Counted from the stretch's first letter, positions 38,991 to 53,674 are shown. The stretch is 64,000 nt of DNA from Ptychodera flava (GCF_041260155.1 NC_091947.1:31706780-31770779), one strand, 5' to 3'. The notes: generated by a model from the letters alone, not told the origin. Numbers and translations: made by a program.

Positions 38991-41051
38991 TATGTAAACA
39001 AGAATCTTTGTGTATGTACTCTATATGTTTAAATACATGAATATTGGTAATGCATTAGGCGCCAGTGGGTAATATAAGTTTTATCTTAAAACCCATAGAC
39101 AGAAATGCACTGCATAACCTTGTTTGTGATGCCATAAATTATATTTTATACCGCTGAACAACTGAAAATATCACAAACATGTACCACATGTGCAGAGTTT
39201 GATATCTGATTCATATACCGGGATTAGCAAATCTATTTTTGTGTTCATAGGTTTCAGGACTGCTTTCAAGGCAAATCCAATGGGGCTTATCTATGTACTG
39301 GTGTATTGTTTATGATACAAATCACTGGGAATCATTGAAGGAGTGGGTTTTCACATTCCTTGATCCTGTTGAAAAAAACAAAATTGTAGTTCTGGATACT
39401 TGGCCATTGGTCTTGCTCTACACTGTGTTCATGTAATGCAAACATGACGTAAGCATTGCATATCCATAATGTCATGACAGCTCTAATGAAACATGAAAAA
39501 GAGTATCAAAAGGGCTCATGAACATCTGTTGAATGTGAAATATTTTTGTTGGTACGACGGTTGGCAACAGCTGGTAGCTTTGTCTGCTACAAAGGGTGGA
39601 CAAAAGTTAGTTGATTCAAATAGTGAATACAACAAATACTATTTGGAAATTTAATTGTTGAATTTTTTAAAACTGACAAAAGACAAATGGTTATTAAAAT
39701 CTAAGGTATTATTATCACAGGTTTCACCAATGCTAATGTAGCTACAGACTGGAGGTATTAAATATTTTGATTTGATTGTTCAAAGTTTAATTTTGTAGCA
39801 TTGTTATAAATCAGCTAATATGTATGCAAGTCAAATAATCTACAAGCAAAATTTTAATTCAGTGAAATTGGTAAAATATGAGTATTTTCAAATACGGAAA
39901 TTTCATTTGTTTCAAAAATATTAAATTCCCACTTTCCTCAGTATAAGGCTGGCTCTATCAAGGACAAATTAAAGGGTTTGCTAACTTTGGCAATGGAAAG
40001 TTCTGATGTCTTTGTTTCCCCAAAGGTTACAGTTGACAATTTGTAACTTCAGAAGTCAATGAACATGCAATGAAACATCTCCCAAAATAAGTTCCTATAG
40101 TTGATACATTATACTTCCAAATCCTGTATGATCATGAGTTACAGACTGACAAGTGTCTGTCGTTCAAAATATCAAAGTTGTATTCCATATTATGTTGTTG
40201 TTGTGAACATAAGATTGTTATACTTTTGGCAATGTCATAGAGGTGTTCAATAAAGTTCCCCTTGATTAGCATAGGAATATCATGTGCAAATATGGAAACA
40301 ATACAGACTTATGGCGCTGTAGTTGAGGCAAAGTCATTTTATAAGATGCATCTGCGTCGCACCCTCCTTTGATTGAGTTGCGTAGGATGAAATCCTTAAA
40401 ATAAGGGGGGAAGGGGGGGGAAACATAAGTCTTATAAGTCGCACCCCTTTTTCTGCACAGCTATCACACTACTAACTACCATTGAGGTTGACTCTGTTCA
40501 CCAAAAATTGAGTAGTCAGACTACGATCACCGTCTTTCATACTGCTATGGCACACATACCAAACGGCCCTTTCAGGGCCACCACATCCTCCAAAAGAAAA
40601 CTACCGTAATCAAACTCTTCTTTAATTTTGCAATAGAGCCAACTTCTATCAGTAATCCTCCCCCTAAAAAAATAAAATGAGAATTTCCATGTTATTGGTG
40701 TCATGCCCACTTAAAAAACACAAAAACGTACACATTGTAAGTTGCATCCCTTCTCTGGAGAAATCAAGTTCAAAATTTGCAACATCATAATAAAAGATGC
40801 ATCTTATGTAATGACTTTAACGGTGATTTATCCATTCATTTAATAGTATACTCACATAGATGAGTTCACTCATGTTTTTTAATAAGCATTGTGATGCTCT
40901 TGTTCTGAGTAATTTTGAGTAAATACAGTTTTCATAAACATGCAGACAAAATTGTGAGCTGTACAACCAATGGCAGATCAGGAGAGCTGTAACATTCTAT
41001 AAACTTCAAACAGTCACAGACGTTTGATCTTCATGTGTTTCCTTTCTTCAG

Positions 41052-41228
41052 TCTTGGAGGAGGAACATTCCTTGGCTTGTGTTGTTTGTTGACTGGATGT
41101 CAGACATTTGAAGAAGCCATAGAACTAGCCGAGGTCGGGGACCATACCAAGGTGGACAAACTGGTACGGGATATTTATGGTGGCGACTACGATCGTCTAC
41201 ATCTTCCTGGCTCTACTGTGGCTAGCAG
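41052..41228 (+). CDS. PANK: PANK exon: (S)[58 protein letters not shown](+2 nt)
   Basis: Acceptor ttcttcag ends at 41051, donor gttagt at 41229. Near-identical to vertebrate PANK ([38 protein letters not shown]). Confidence 0.88.
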
Positions 41229-41566
41229 GTTAGTAACTACATGTAACAGTGTCCAGTTGCAGACTGTGAATTCTGCGTTCTCGTGGCAGAATGAAAAACA
41301 TCAGGGAGTCAGAATTCTTCGATAATGGAGTGCCTGTCTTCTAATGGTGTTGTCTAATGTGGAGGTGTTTTGGTTAAAAAAAAACATAAACAAATATTTT
41401 GTATGGTAGATTCCAAAATTATGCTAATCCATCATACGGTGTTTACGTTGTTTAAATACTTTTGTTTTCAAAGAGAGTTGTCAACCGTATCCATTCTAAT
41501 ACTAGATAGAATCTCAGCACTTTGATTCTGTAAGTGTTGATTCAGAAGGTATTATAATTTTTCCAG

Positions 41567-41690
41567 CTTTGGACACATGAATGTACCGGAAAAGAGAGAG
41601 TCGGTCAGTAAAAACGACCTGGCTAGGGCCACACTCGTCACAATAACCAACAATATTGGTTCAATTGCAAGGATGTGTGCGTTGAATGAG
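41567..41690 (+). CDS. PANK: PANK exon: (S)[41 protein letters not shown]
   Basis: Acceptor ttccag ends at 41566, donor gtaata at 41691; conserved [25 protein letters not shown]. Confidence 0.88.
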
Positions 41691-42223
41691 GTAATAACTT
41701 GTCACATGGTATTGAATACTTGTACTGAATTTTATCCTTTTTGTTTACTTAAGACAATATTCAGAAATACTGACAAAATACTTTGCCAGGAAAAAACCAA
41801 ACCAAACACATTTCACACAGTTTGGATGTTAAATCTCAAACACAGTTGATTAATGTACACGTTAATAAAATCGGCTAGCATTTCACGCCATTAAGGCCTT
41901 CGAGACTTTGTTTGATTTTCCAAAATTTCTTAACATTCTGCAGTTAGCATACATTCTGTTGACTTCACTGTACTTTGTAAAAACTTTGTCTGACACATAA
42001 TAATGTACATATAACATCTCAGAGATGATAAGGGAAACAGTTTAAAGCAAGATATTTAATATCTATGGTATCATTCTATAAATGTATATATCTTCATTCC
42101 TTGTTGTGTTTCTGAATCAAAATATCATCGTAAACTAAGCAGTTAGAGTAAGTGCTAGTCATACTGTGCTGATGCAAGATAATCATGTTTACATCGTTTG
42201 GAAAAATGTATTCTTCTTTGCAG

Positions 42224-42349
42224 GGTATTGAGAGAATAGTATTTGTCGGTAATTTCCTACGGGTGAATCCGTTGTCAATGAAACTCTTATCTTATGCCAT
42301 GGAGTATTGGTCACAGGGTGCTCTAAAAGCTCTATTCTTAGAACATGAG
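42224..42349 (+). CDS. PANK: PANK exon: [42 protein letters not shown]
   Basis: Acceptor ctttgcag ends at 42223, donor gtgagc at 42350; conserved. Confidence 0.88.
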
Positions 42350-42969
42350 GTGAGCTGTTGATTTATTGCTGTGGTGTTTTAGGACAATGTGAGATTTTGA
42401 GGACCCTTGATAGTTTGGTCAAAGGTCAGTTTGTTGTCAAGCTGTGTTTATCCATTCTTACAGATTCTTATCTGAAAGTCAAAACAATATCTCTTGTACT
42501 TTGATACTGTAACATGCTGACTGATAACAGTGTTTTGAGGGGTCATCTTTGGTCTCTGACGTAGTTACCAGATCATTCACTTTTCCAACGAGTGTGTAAA
42601 CGTTTTTAGGCATTCCAACTTTGCAACCCAATGCCATCGCTTTTAACAAAATATGGAAACTTTTTCATGTAAAATAGAAAAGCGTGCCTCTTAATGTTTT
42701 TAAATACTCAGCTGGTTGAATCATTACCATCATTCTCACCGTCAAGAATAAAATATTGCCCTGATGCTTACAAATACTGTGGAATTATATGATCATACTT
42801 GGCAAGTTTGCAGTTCATAATGTTATTCATGAAGCATGTTTCCATTTATGTGCAAAGGAAGGTGCTTTATATGAATCTATAATTCTGCATGGAGCACAGG
42901 GACAAGTGTTCATCAGCGGACTAGAATCCTGTTTAGATTTCTCTATCATTTGTTTCTCTCTGTTGACAG

Positions 42970-43041
42970 GGTTACTTTGGTGCAGTTGGAGCACTGATGC
43001 AGCTGATGAAGATGGAGAACGGAGAAACAAGCCAATCATAA
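42970..43041 (+). CDS. PANK: PANK terminal coding exon: GYFGAVGALMQLMKMENGETSQS* (stop TAA 43039-43041)
   Basis: Acceptor ttgacag ends at 42969; conserved EGYFGAVGAL C-terminus. Confidence 0.8.
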   Translation, partial: GYFGAVGALMQLMKMENGETSQS

Positions 43042-46000
43042 AATTTTCTCACCATCGACACCAGATGGCGCTGCTTGTACAGAAGAAGAGGTTTTAATAT
43101 TCCAAATTTGCTCTTCCTGGACCAAAGGGGATTTACATTGTAATGCCAGTATCATTGTTGGGAAAATGCAGAACGGGAAAAATTCAACTCGCTTTTAATT
43201 CCATAAGGAAAATGGTATTATTTATTTGATATGCAAATTCTGTGAATTGTTTTATACAGATTGACTGTTATTGAAAGATGTTACTGCTGAGTGTTGTAGA
43301 TGAATGTAGAAACACCGTTGTTCATTTGTCAGATTGACACACAGTATCCAGTGCAAATAATACTGCAACTATAGATAATTATCTATCAGGTAACAATGAC
43401 AGAGACATTGAACAATGAAATTGCAGGTACAACTCACACAAAACTCTACATAGAACTTATGTACTGGAATACTTTGTGAGCACAAAACCACAGGGTCAAA
43501 GTTCATATGGAGTAACCAGTCAGAGAAATGATGGCTTTTTAAGAATGTAGCAATTTTTAGACATGACAATGAAAACAGAGAATTCAGTCTCAGAGATATT
43601 AATAATTAATGATCAGATGAATTGTTTGAAGTTGATTTGAGTGAAGAACTGAGCAGACCATTGCTAGATCCAATGGCTTCCCGTCTAGTAGTCCCTTTAG
43701 AATCACCTGCCATGCCTTTGGTTTCTGTAAGCCCTCCAGTCTACAAGTTTATGATTTCTTTAGACAAATCAATTGAGCTGGCTGTTTCTTTCAATTGGGG
43801 TCGGTAGAGCAGACAATTATCAGAACTGCCAACTGTTACCCTGTTAGCTCAGGCTAGGAATGATAGATGTATGTCATGCATGCTTCGACCAATCAATGAA
43901 TGTCTTAATCGTGGTGCTAGCCATGTTTAAGGTGGTGCTAAGAAAACAGTATTGTGATTGGTGAAATTTGAATAATTTGGATATTAGGGCAAAGAGGAAA
44001 CATTCTCTGTTGTAGACAAATAGGCTGTTGCTCTGATTGCGTGTTCCATCATTGTGTCCTATCTGTGGAAGAAATGTAAAGTAATGGTAATTGAAAGTAA
44101 TGAATGAAAAGTAGATGGTGTCGCCTAGGCAATGTAAAATTTCTGAGAAGTCCTATGGTCTTCCATGAACTCTTATATATAAATATTACATTCCACTCAC
44201 TCTTTTTATCAATAGTTTACAACTCCTCTCTGCATTTGATTCAGAGAGTTGCTTCTTTCTGAAAGGATTTGCATTCCTTATGAGGGCGCTGTTCAGGATG
44301 CATTCATTGATGTCTATTTTGACACAGTGTGTGTGTTGAAGGTCTTGTTGTCACACATTATGCATCATAGAGCTCTTCTCGGACAACGTTGTGTTCTCTT
44401 TCATAGAGTTTACAACTCAATATTTCTTTGTTCAGGGTCACTGTTTAGTTCATTAAACTTCATGTGTGATACCTTTAAGGTGAAGTACTACAAATTACGT
44501 CAAAATTAGGTTGTGGTGTCATTTTCTTGAAACTTTGCACAAATATTCTTGGAAGTTGTGCAAGTGCAAAAATGAAATAAAAAATGGGGGTCACCACGCT
44601 CGTATAATTCACTTAAACTAAAGAAAGCAATTATAAAACGCTTAGCAAATGAGTTAATTTTAATAAATACCAAGAATTAAGATCCATATCTATCGAATGT
44701 ATAGTTTTCATGATGTTTGTAAAGAAATTTTAACATAAGTATCGATTAAAAAATGACGATATCGAAATTATATCACTACATAATTTTCGAACTTACTTCC
44801 TGTCGCTTTGAATGGTGTCATTTTGACCAAACTTGGCGAATAAAATCCTGACATAATACCATTTAGTTTACACTTTTAATAAAGGGGTGTCACCACGCTA
44901 CTTTTTACAATATCTCCAGGTGAATGGGTAATATGCGCCATGTAAATGGAAGAGAAATGTTAATTTTGCGCTCATATTGAATAAAAACCAGCTTCCTAGG
45001 GGGTCAAAATATGACAAGGTTAAAGGTCACATGTATTTCTAAGAGACTGGGTCAAAAAATTAGGTAAAAGCGCAATTTCAACAATGACAGGTGATGTTAA
45101 ATACATGCGCTACAAAATAACCCATTTGCGGCAGGCTGGAGTTAAATCTGCGCAGAAATGTTCTAAAGCGTGTGCGCGTCCGAATTCGTCGCCCTTTACC
45201 TTAATGCATGCTTCATCCCCGTTTTTGAATTTTCAGTTCCAAGCCTGCGATTTAAAACAATTGGAGAAAGTCCAATAATGTCAGGAAAGGTTTAAATAAA
45301 TATGTTCTCAAAAAAAGAAATGAAACAAAACTTGCAAAAGAGGTCTGAAAATAATCTAAAAACTGATAAAAAAGTACTTCTTGTTTATACCAGTCAGTCA
45401 AGGGCTAGTCAGAAATGTGTGTTTGCTTCACTTCAGTCCAATCTCTCACTGTAGTTAGAGTTGTGTATTAAGATAAGGATGGATAAATGCAGAAAAAATG
45501 CTGCACAACATCCACCCAGTCATCCAGTCATTCTCTCCACAACTGGTACCTACTAGAAACTCATGTCCATGTTTACCAAAAGTCGAAATCAGAAATCAAC
45601 CACCAGGCATCAACCATTCAAAAGGGGAGAATTTACTTCAGGTGCTTTTGAAATTGCTAGTGTGGAAAAAAATTGAATTTGAAGACCACTGCTAATGAGT
45701 GATTCAAGAATATACACCACCACAAGTTTGTTCTTGATTATTAAAATAGGGAAAGGCATGCAAGATTATCATAAACGCACACTGTATTGACAACTGTATG
45801 AAAGTTGATTTTTGCATAGAGTCTTCGTGATAGTAAACATTCATCAAATGTACAATGTGCGACTTTACAGAGTTTTGATGAGCGTTATCCGTGGAAGCTG
45901 GATAAATATTATTGACATATTGTATAGGGAAAACTTTATCATAAGAAAAAAGCTTATACCCCAACAACAAGATGATACTGTACAGTACTATTCAGAGTAT

Positions 46001-47949
46001 TGTGTTGTCCTTCTGAAATACATTTGTTATCAAAGTTGAAATCAGTGCAGAAATCACAAATACAAAACCATTTGATCCATTTTATCTGGGTACGACTTCT
46101 TGTCAGAATGATCATGTCTCACTTACTGTAAACTTTGGATGTTGTTGTAAAGTAAATAACGAACACAAAGACCCAGCATCCAATAGAACTGAAATAATTG
46201 ACCCTAATGTAGTACTTATATTCGACTGATCTTTTTGGTAATAATGTGATTTCTACATTTATTGTTGAATGTCTTTCTCACCCCATATATTCTATGTAGC
46301 CATACCTGAATTTCAACATAATTTCTGAGCAGAATCCACCTTGATTCTGAACCATAGTGGTACATATAAAGATTTAAGCTTGAAGGCTGAAGTTGTCAGT
46401 GTAGCATGGTTACAAGGTCTTTTAATTATAAAGAAGTCATTTATTCCAATTTTATTCCATTGTACAGGTGCATTTCACAAAGATGTTTATGTAAAGAGCT
46501 AGTAAACCTAAACCATCAAAGAATATATCATATAACTTGCACAGCGACAAAGATATTGTCATATTCAGAATTTCTTGAAATTGTCTCTTCTACATCAGCT
46601 TTGCCTGATGGGAAATTGTGACTGCCAAACAGATCCTCATCAACCTTCTAAAAATTATATGCTTGAAGATGAGTATCATTATGTAGGTTTTAAAACTTTC
46701 ACTCTAAGACTTTGTTCCCTTCTGTTCTTCTTAGACAGCATTGTCAGACCAATAAAAAGTGGAAGGGATACTTTTGTAATTGTCTTTGACTAATGTGGAT
46801 TTGGAGAGAGCCATGATGAAACCTGGTATCTCAAAATTTCTGTTTATTTTAACAGACATGAATGAACAGTGGTAAAAAACATATAAGCTTGGACGATTTC
46901 AACTCCATGAAGCATTTTATTTTTATCCTCTGATTTTTTAAAATGAAAGCTAAGCACTTCATTCAATGTTGAGATGTTGATGTAATTTTTACACATGAAA
47001 TACTGCCACCATTGATAATCCATTCTGGAAAGTAAGTAAAATAATTAATATTTGTTCAAAATCAAAAGGAATATTCAGTGATACATATTCCTTTCCCAGG
47101 ATTATTCAGGGTCATGTTATACAATGTCTGTTTTCTTCTGTTTATTCATGTCAAACTGTATGTGTTCAGGGGGGTGGGGTGGGGGGTATGAGGACAATAA
47201 CACCTCGACATCTACCACACATTAAGGCCAGGGTTTTTGATTCCAGGGGTAAATATCCTATAATGGGCTGGGGGTATTGATCAAAAAATGTTGGATATTA
47301 TGAACTATTTGTTAAATCAAGTGTCAGTGTTGTTTGTTAAATGTTGACTTTGATGACAATGCTAAGTAGCATAAACCTCTCTCTCTCTTAGTCTCACTAC
47401 AAACCTTTTTGGCGTTTGTTGTTTAGTTGTAGTTCACACTTAGCTGCTAGTTCACTTTTAGGTGAAAAAATGTCAAAATTGTTGACCATCAAGTGTAATA
47501 ATTTTATTTAATTTAACTTTGCTGCAATATTTAATCATATCTCAGCTTTTAAAACTCAGAAGGGAATTCACCATTTGCTATAACTTTATATAACTCTCTG
47601 TGAACCCAGTTGGGTCAAATTTGATCTTCAATCAAATCTAAGTAACAATTTCACATTGTTTAAAAGCAAATGGTTTGTTCTTTAAAAACTGCAATAAACT
47701 CCTCTGTATATATTTTAAGAACTTTTTGTAAAATTGCAAAATCTGTAAGCCTTCTATCAGTGTCAAAGTAGTGAATTGTCAAACTCAGTGTTTTAAGGTG
47801 TAAGATAATGCGAAATATTGGTAAACATGATTTACAGTGTATGAGTAATATGTTGAAGACCAAACATCAATAAACTACACTCTTGTCAATATTGATGTTG
47901 TCTTTGCTGTGTCCATTGTCAGTCAATTCACTCAAAATCCTGGCATACC

Positions 47950-49580
47950 CAATCTCATAATGTCATTTTATCTGCTCACGTGTTGACACACGTGAGCATA
48001 TGTCGCAGCGATGTCTGTCTGTCTGTGTGTCTGTCTGTCCGTCTGTCTGTCTGTGTGTCTGTCTGTCTGTGTGCTCAATATCTCAAAAACGGCTCATCAG
48101 ATCAGAATTAAATCTGATATATAGATTCAGTTTGCAAATGGCAAGAACTGATTAGTTTTTGGTGGGTGTGGCTTGCTTACTTTTTGCTCATTTGCATAAT
48201 TAATTATTTTAGAAAAAACTGATATATATTGACAACGATTGCACACAATTTGATGAGATTTGCTACAAATGTTGATCACACCAAGATATATCAGCTGTGA
48301 AAGATATTAAGGGGTGACATACATGTAAAAGATAATGAATAATTTGCATATTTAATGATCTTTCATAATTAGGGATATATATCTGATTTGACTTGATCAA
48401 AATTGACAAAACTTGGTATGTATATTGAAGATACTATGATTTAACATTATAGAAAGTCATTAAGCATTCCTACTTCATCAAACTCTTAATTTGCATATTT
48501 AATGAACTTTTGGAATTAGGGATATTTATTTGAATTGACTTGACCAAAATTGATGAAAGTTGCTATGTACATTAAAGATACTATGATATAACATTGTTGA
48601 AATTCATTAAGCATTTTTACTTCAGCCAAATACTTATTTGCATATTTAATAAACTTTTCTAATTAGATACATAAATCTGAATGGACTTGACCAAAATTGA
48701 TGAAACTTGCAATATACATTAAAGATACTATGATATAACATTGTTGAAAGTCATTAAGCAGTTTTACTTCAGCCAAATACTTATTTGCATATTTAATAAA
48801 CTTTCCTAATTAGATACATAAATCTGAATGGACTTTACCAAAGTTGATGAAACTTGCTATGTACATTGAAGATACTATGATATAACATTATTGAAAATCA
48901 TTAAGCAGTTTTACTTCAGCCAATTCCTTATTTACATTTTTAATGAACTTCACTAATTAGGGATATATATCTGAATTGATTCGACCGAAGTGGATGAATC
49001 TTGCAACATATATTGAAGATACTATAAAACAACATTATTAAAAGTCATCGTTTACTTCAGCCAATTCCTAATTTGCATATATAATGAACTTTCCTAATTA
49101 GGGATATTTATCTGTATTGACTAGACCAAATTTAACAAAACTTGCTATGTACGTTAAAGATACTATGATACAGCATTAAAAGTCATTAAGCATTTTTACT
49201 TTAGCCGATTCCGTATTTGCAAATTTAATGAATTTTCCTAATTAAGGATATTTATCTGTCTTGACTAGACCAAAGTTGATGAACTGCTTTGTACATTAAA
49301 GATACTATGATACGACATTATTGAAAGTCATTTAACATTTTTACTTCAGCCAATTCATAATTTGCATATTTAATGAGAACATTTCAGTCAATTCCTAATT
49401 TGCATATTTTAATGAACTTTCCTGATTGGGGATATATACTGGGATTTAAAATTAATCTGTGGTGAATATTATTCATTATGTTGATCATAACACTTTCAAT
49501 GAAGTTGCAAACATGTGGCAAAGGTTCAAATTTACACATAACTGCAACATATAATTAAACACGTGAGCATTTTCAGTTCA
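47950..49580 (-). mobile_element. Family-X satellite-carrying element in inverted orientation (hairpin gctcacgtgttgacacacgtgagc and (CTGT)n at 47960-48070; ~148-bp units 48300-49400; 5' end ~49556-49580)
   Basis: Reverse complement of 32270-33850 and 54430-55950. Confidence 0.85.
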
Positions 49581-51844
49581 TATCTGGTCTGCAAAGTTGT
49601 TTGAAATCACTTGCCAACAGGGTTCTAAGATATTTCCCTTTTCATAGTGCATTCTGTGATCAATTTCCTTTTCATAGTGCATTCTTTGATCAAAGTGTGG
49701 CATCTTCATCATCTTGTACATCGCTATCAATATCACTGCTACTATCACTGTTAATTTTATGGTATTCATACCCAATAAATAATCTACAAATGATTTTGGA
49801 AAAGGATCCAAAGTAAAGCACTAAGCTCTATTGGTGAAGAAATTTTGTTGTCAGAAATATACGTGCTGAAGCAAACAATCTGTTCGGAGTGAAAAGTAGA
49901 TCTTTTGTTTGTCAAAGCAACTCTACTGATTTTGTTCCTGTCTGGTCACTTAAAAAAATGGTGTGACAATATTCACAAAGTCTCTTGAACAATTCAGTAT
50001 ATAATCCATATACAAGCAGTTTATAGACAAGTATTGGACAGGGAGTGTATTGGCAAGAGCATAAAGGATATATCAAAAGAAAAAAAATTTAAACATTTTT
50101 TGGAGGAAATACGAACTATTCTTCCTTCAAATATTGTTTTGATTTTTTTTTTCTGTTGATTTATCCTTCCTTTTTGCTCTTGCCAATACACTCTTGTCCA
50201 ATATTTGACTATAAACTGCTTGTATTTATGGATTATGTGTAGTGATCTTGAAAGCTTCAACATGAAGTGATTGAAATGGCGGAAATAAGTAGAAAGACTA
50301 TCATTACAGTGTCTCTCATTGAATGTAGGTATTGACATAGACAAAGATGCTATGGATATATGTGACAAGTTGGACCAAGTTACATGAGGGATGGGTGATT
50401 TAATATCTAGGGGTCTTGCAAAATGTTTGAATAAAAAGAACCCAAATGACAGAAAATTTTTGTCAGCAGGCCAAAGTCAATCAGAAGTAATTTCCCTTTT
50501 GGCACACTCTTTCAGCACTTTTTGTCAATTTTTTCAGCAATTTCATTTCAAGTACCTCTCTGGCCCTAAATATCAAAGAGTATGAATACCATGTTACCTT
50601 TATTTATAATTAAGAGGCAACATTTGAAAAACTTTTGAAACGTTTGCACTGGTCCTCAGCAAATAATTCTCACTAAAGCTGGTTGAAATGCCTGTTAATT
50701 TGGTCAGTAAATACAGCCGTTTTGGCCAAGCAGTTTTGTATGTGGCTTCTAAATGGGTGTTGTACGTTGCGAGTTCGAACCCAATTGAAAACACGGTAGT
50801 TATATCATGTGAGCACCACATGCTTAATTCTTTGGTCTTTTACATCATGACTTGTCTACAAAAGTTCTCTACATGGACTGATTGCATTGTTAGAAAAATT
50901 ATTTAGACGACTGCAGCCAAAGAATTTCGTTGTCATGTTGTATGTCGTACAGTGTCAACAAAAATATTTGAAAATCATTCCAAGTTCAACAGTCACTCTC
51001 CTTGAAAGCATTGAACAAGAGACATAATTAATTGAACTCCATGAACTTTATTAACTTTAAATCACACAATAAACTTAATCTATATAACTCTTCAAACATG
51101 CTAGTATACAGATACACAAAAACAAATCAAGGGTCAACAATGCTTGTAATTGTCACTTACTGTCCACGCATTTGAACCTTTCTTGCTGGCACTCAAAGCC
51201 ATGTGTGTATCACCTTTGCTTTGTTATCTGTATATTTTTGCTTTGGCAGTTGGATTGATATTTGATGCTGATTCTGCTGTTGTAGCCACCTGCTTTGGTT
51301 TTCTTTTATTGCTCCTGGAACACTCGCTTAAATTTCAAAACACACCACTGAAGTTTCAAAGTTCTCTTGTGAAGATCGAGTTACCAACCTGCTAAATGTC
51401 CTGTAGGGGATAGATTATTCTGTCGTAAGTTGAACACGAGAGTATAGTAGCTTTGGTGTTTTCAGGTATGGGTCTGAATAAGTTCTGCTCGCTGGAGGGG
51501 TGTCTATGCGTCACCAGCACTCCAGCAGGGGTTGTAGAGGGCACAAATCTGTTTACAGTACACTCTTCCCCGTCTTGTTGAGCAGGCCAAAGCTGTACCC
51601 GCAAACTGGAAGAGATTGAAGTGAGCAAACAAAACACAAAACAAAAAAAAACAAGAGACAAAAGTACACAGAACCTTCTTCTAGGTCTTCCGAGTGGGAC
51701 TATTCCCAGTGGGGCTCCCTTCTCTGAATGGGATGTTCTGTACTGGCTGTGTGGATCTTTGTGGCACAATACCACATGGGGCTTTACCTTGGGTATATGC
51801 CCCCTTATGGTACGAATCACTCCCAGATCTTCAAGCCTTCCTTC

Positions 51845-52736
51845 TCAACACCGGTATAGATGGCGGGTGTTGGCCATCGCCGTCTGCAGTAGCTGCTGGA
51901 CATCGCCACTGCGGTGTTTTACCACCACCAGTGCTACATCACCAATATATGCAGGGGTGTTAAATCGCTGACCTGGTCTGGGCATCAGGTAGGGCGAGTC
52001 TGTTTCAAGGAGGATCCGGTCATTGGGGATTTGGCTCAAAGCATTTGCCTGCACACAGTCAAAGCTGGCCACCATTGCTGAAAAACTAAAATAGCAATTG
52101 GGGAATGCCTGGCTCCACCGTCTGAAGGTATATATGTTCCCCATGAAGTTGTGAAGATGTATCCGTTGCAAGGGGTCACATGCTTCCCTCATGGACAGTA
52201 GAGCTAAAGCGTATGTGTCGGAGGCATACTTATCTTCCTCAGTGCCACAAATATGGAGTATAATGGGCTTGTTGGGATTTGCTAGCTTAAGGAGTTCACG
52301 GAAGGCCTGCTCCTGCCAAAGCCATCTATCGCTGCTCACCGTTCTATCAAGACCGATTTCCCCTAGGGCTGCCACATGTGGGGATGCAACAAAACTCCGG
52401 ATTTTCCGGAACACCTGCATGCCCGCGTCAGCAGCCACCTTGGGGTGGAGACCAACAGCCACTTTCCACCCTGGTTCCCGAACCAGGTCTTGGGGGTAGC
52501 ATTCTGGGTCGCTGTAGACTTCGACACCTCCGACCACTTGGACAGGAACCAGTGGTCGAACACCAGGGTTTGCGGAGATCAGCTGCGACGAGGTTGTGAA
52601 CCCGCTACCCCTTCGGAATTGGTTAATAGCCTGATCTAGGTGAAAGTGAGCATCCATGGCTTGAGGTAGTAACGGTCCCCTGGTGATGACGGCTTCTTGT
52701 CTTCTGCTCACCTGGAGGGATGCGAGTCTCTCCAGA

Positions 52737-52768
<32 letters not shown>

Positions 52769-53674
52769 GTGGGGAGGTTCCTCGATGGCTTTGCCCTTCC
52801 ACTTTCTGACTCTCTCCCTATCAAGGGGGGTCAAGTCAGACAGCAAAACTGCAATGACCCTCCAGTGGACCAGCACTGCGGGAGTGCTTGGTGGGCTCAG
52901 CCGAAGCTTCCTGGGTACCTCCCAGTCCATTCTGCGGCACAGGCCCTCGATTGTCCGCTGGCAGCCTTCAGTGATTTTGGCACTGAGTGGGACTCTCGCA
53001 GACCCATGGGCCAAGAAGTATTCGAACAAGGCCACTATGGGCATACTCGGGCCGACCAACTTGCCAGTGAGGAATTCCAGGAGGTCAATTATGGAATCAT
53101 AATCAACACACCTGGGGTCCTCTCGGAGGCATCGGGGGAGATGTTTCCGAAAGCAGTGCTCCTTGACTCCCTTTGATTCATGGAGGCATCCGGGGAGGGG
53201 GCATGGAGTGGGTTTGCGTGGGAAGAATGTTCCAGCTCCCTTCTCTCTCTCTTTCCATGGGCTGGTCTCCTCCTCCTTGCATTGCTTTTCATTCCTGTTC
53301 TTGCCTTCCCTCTCCTGGTTTTCCTCGCTGATTCTCCTAGCAAGCCGTTGGCGCCGTTGTCTCCGTTTGGAAGCCTTGGTCAGTTTTGGCTTGACCACTA
53401 TTCCCACTGGCTCCAAGCTTTCCATGGTCTTCCCCTGGTCCCCAATGGGCTGGCCTGTTGCACCCGACAATGTGGAGATGGCCTGTTCCCTTTGGGTTGC
53501 CTGGGGTCGACGGCTGGTCTTGCTTGGGGTGGGCGGTGGGGGCATGAGCCATTTGTCAAAGTGGGGATCTGTTCTGGACACTGCAGCTACTGGGGGCTTG
53601 ATGACATAATCCTCAGATGAGGTGTCCTCCGAATCAGATGTGAATTGGAACAGGTGAGTGCTTGATGTTGCCAT
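51845..53674 (-). CDS. Intronless ORF encoding an N-terminal extension plus a TatD-family metal-dependent nuclease domain (~609 aa from Met 53674; the uninterrupted ORF extends upstream to Met 53851, 668 aa). The N-terminus is Ser/Glu-rich with a basic KRRQRRQRLARR stretch, CPLPGCLHESKGVKEHCFRKHLPRC and poly-Ala. The C-terminal half carries the TatD motifs DAHFHLD, ALGEIGLD, ILHICGTEED, HNFMG and LLETDSPYL
   Basis: The single ~2 kb ORF is from the supplied six-frame track. I recognise the TatD signature residues (His pair in DxHxHLD, Glu in GEIGLD, His in HxF, Asp in ETD). The + strand ORFs overlapping it are antisense artefacts. Confidence 0.7.

Noticed and set aside
47160-47300. G-rich run (gggggtggggtggggggtatgagg…) as possible G-quadruplex or regulatory element
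   Set aside because: Isolated, with no adjacent gene start or conserved context; noted only as low-complexity sequence.
52191-53620. Multiple + strand ORFs (e.g. 52697..53176, 53163..53609, 53180..53620) overlapping the TatD ORF
   Set aside because: They are antisense to a 2-kb ORF with clear TatD motifs; their high GC and biased codon usage make such antisense frames expected artefacts.
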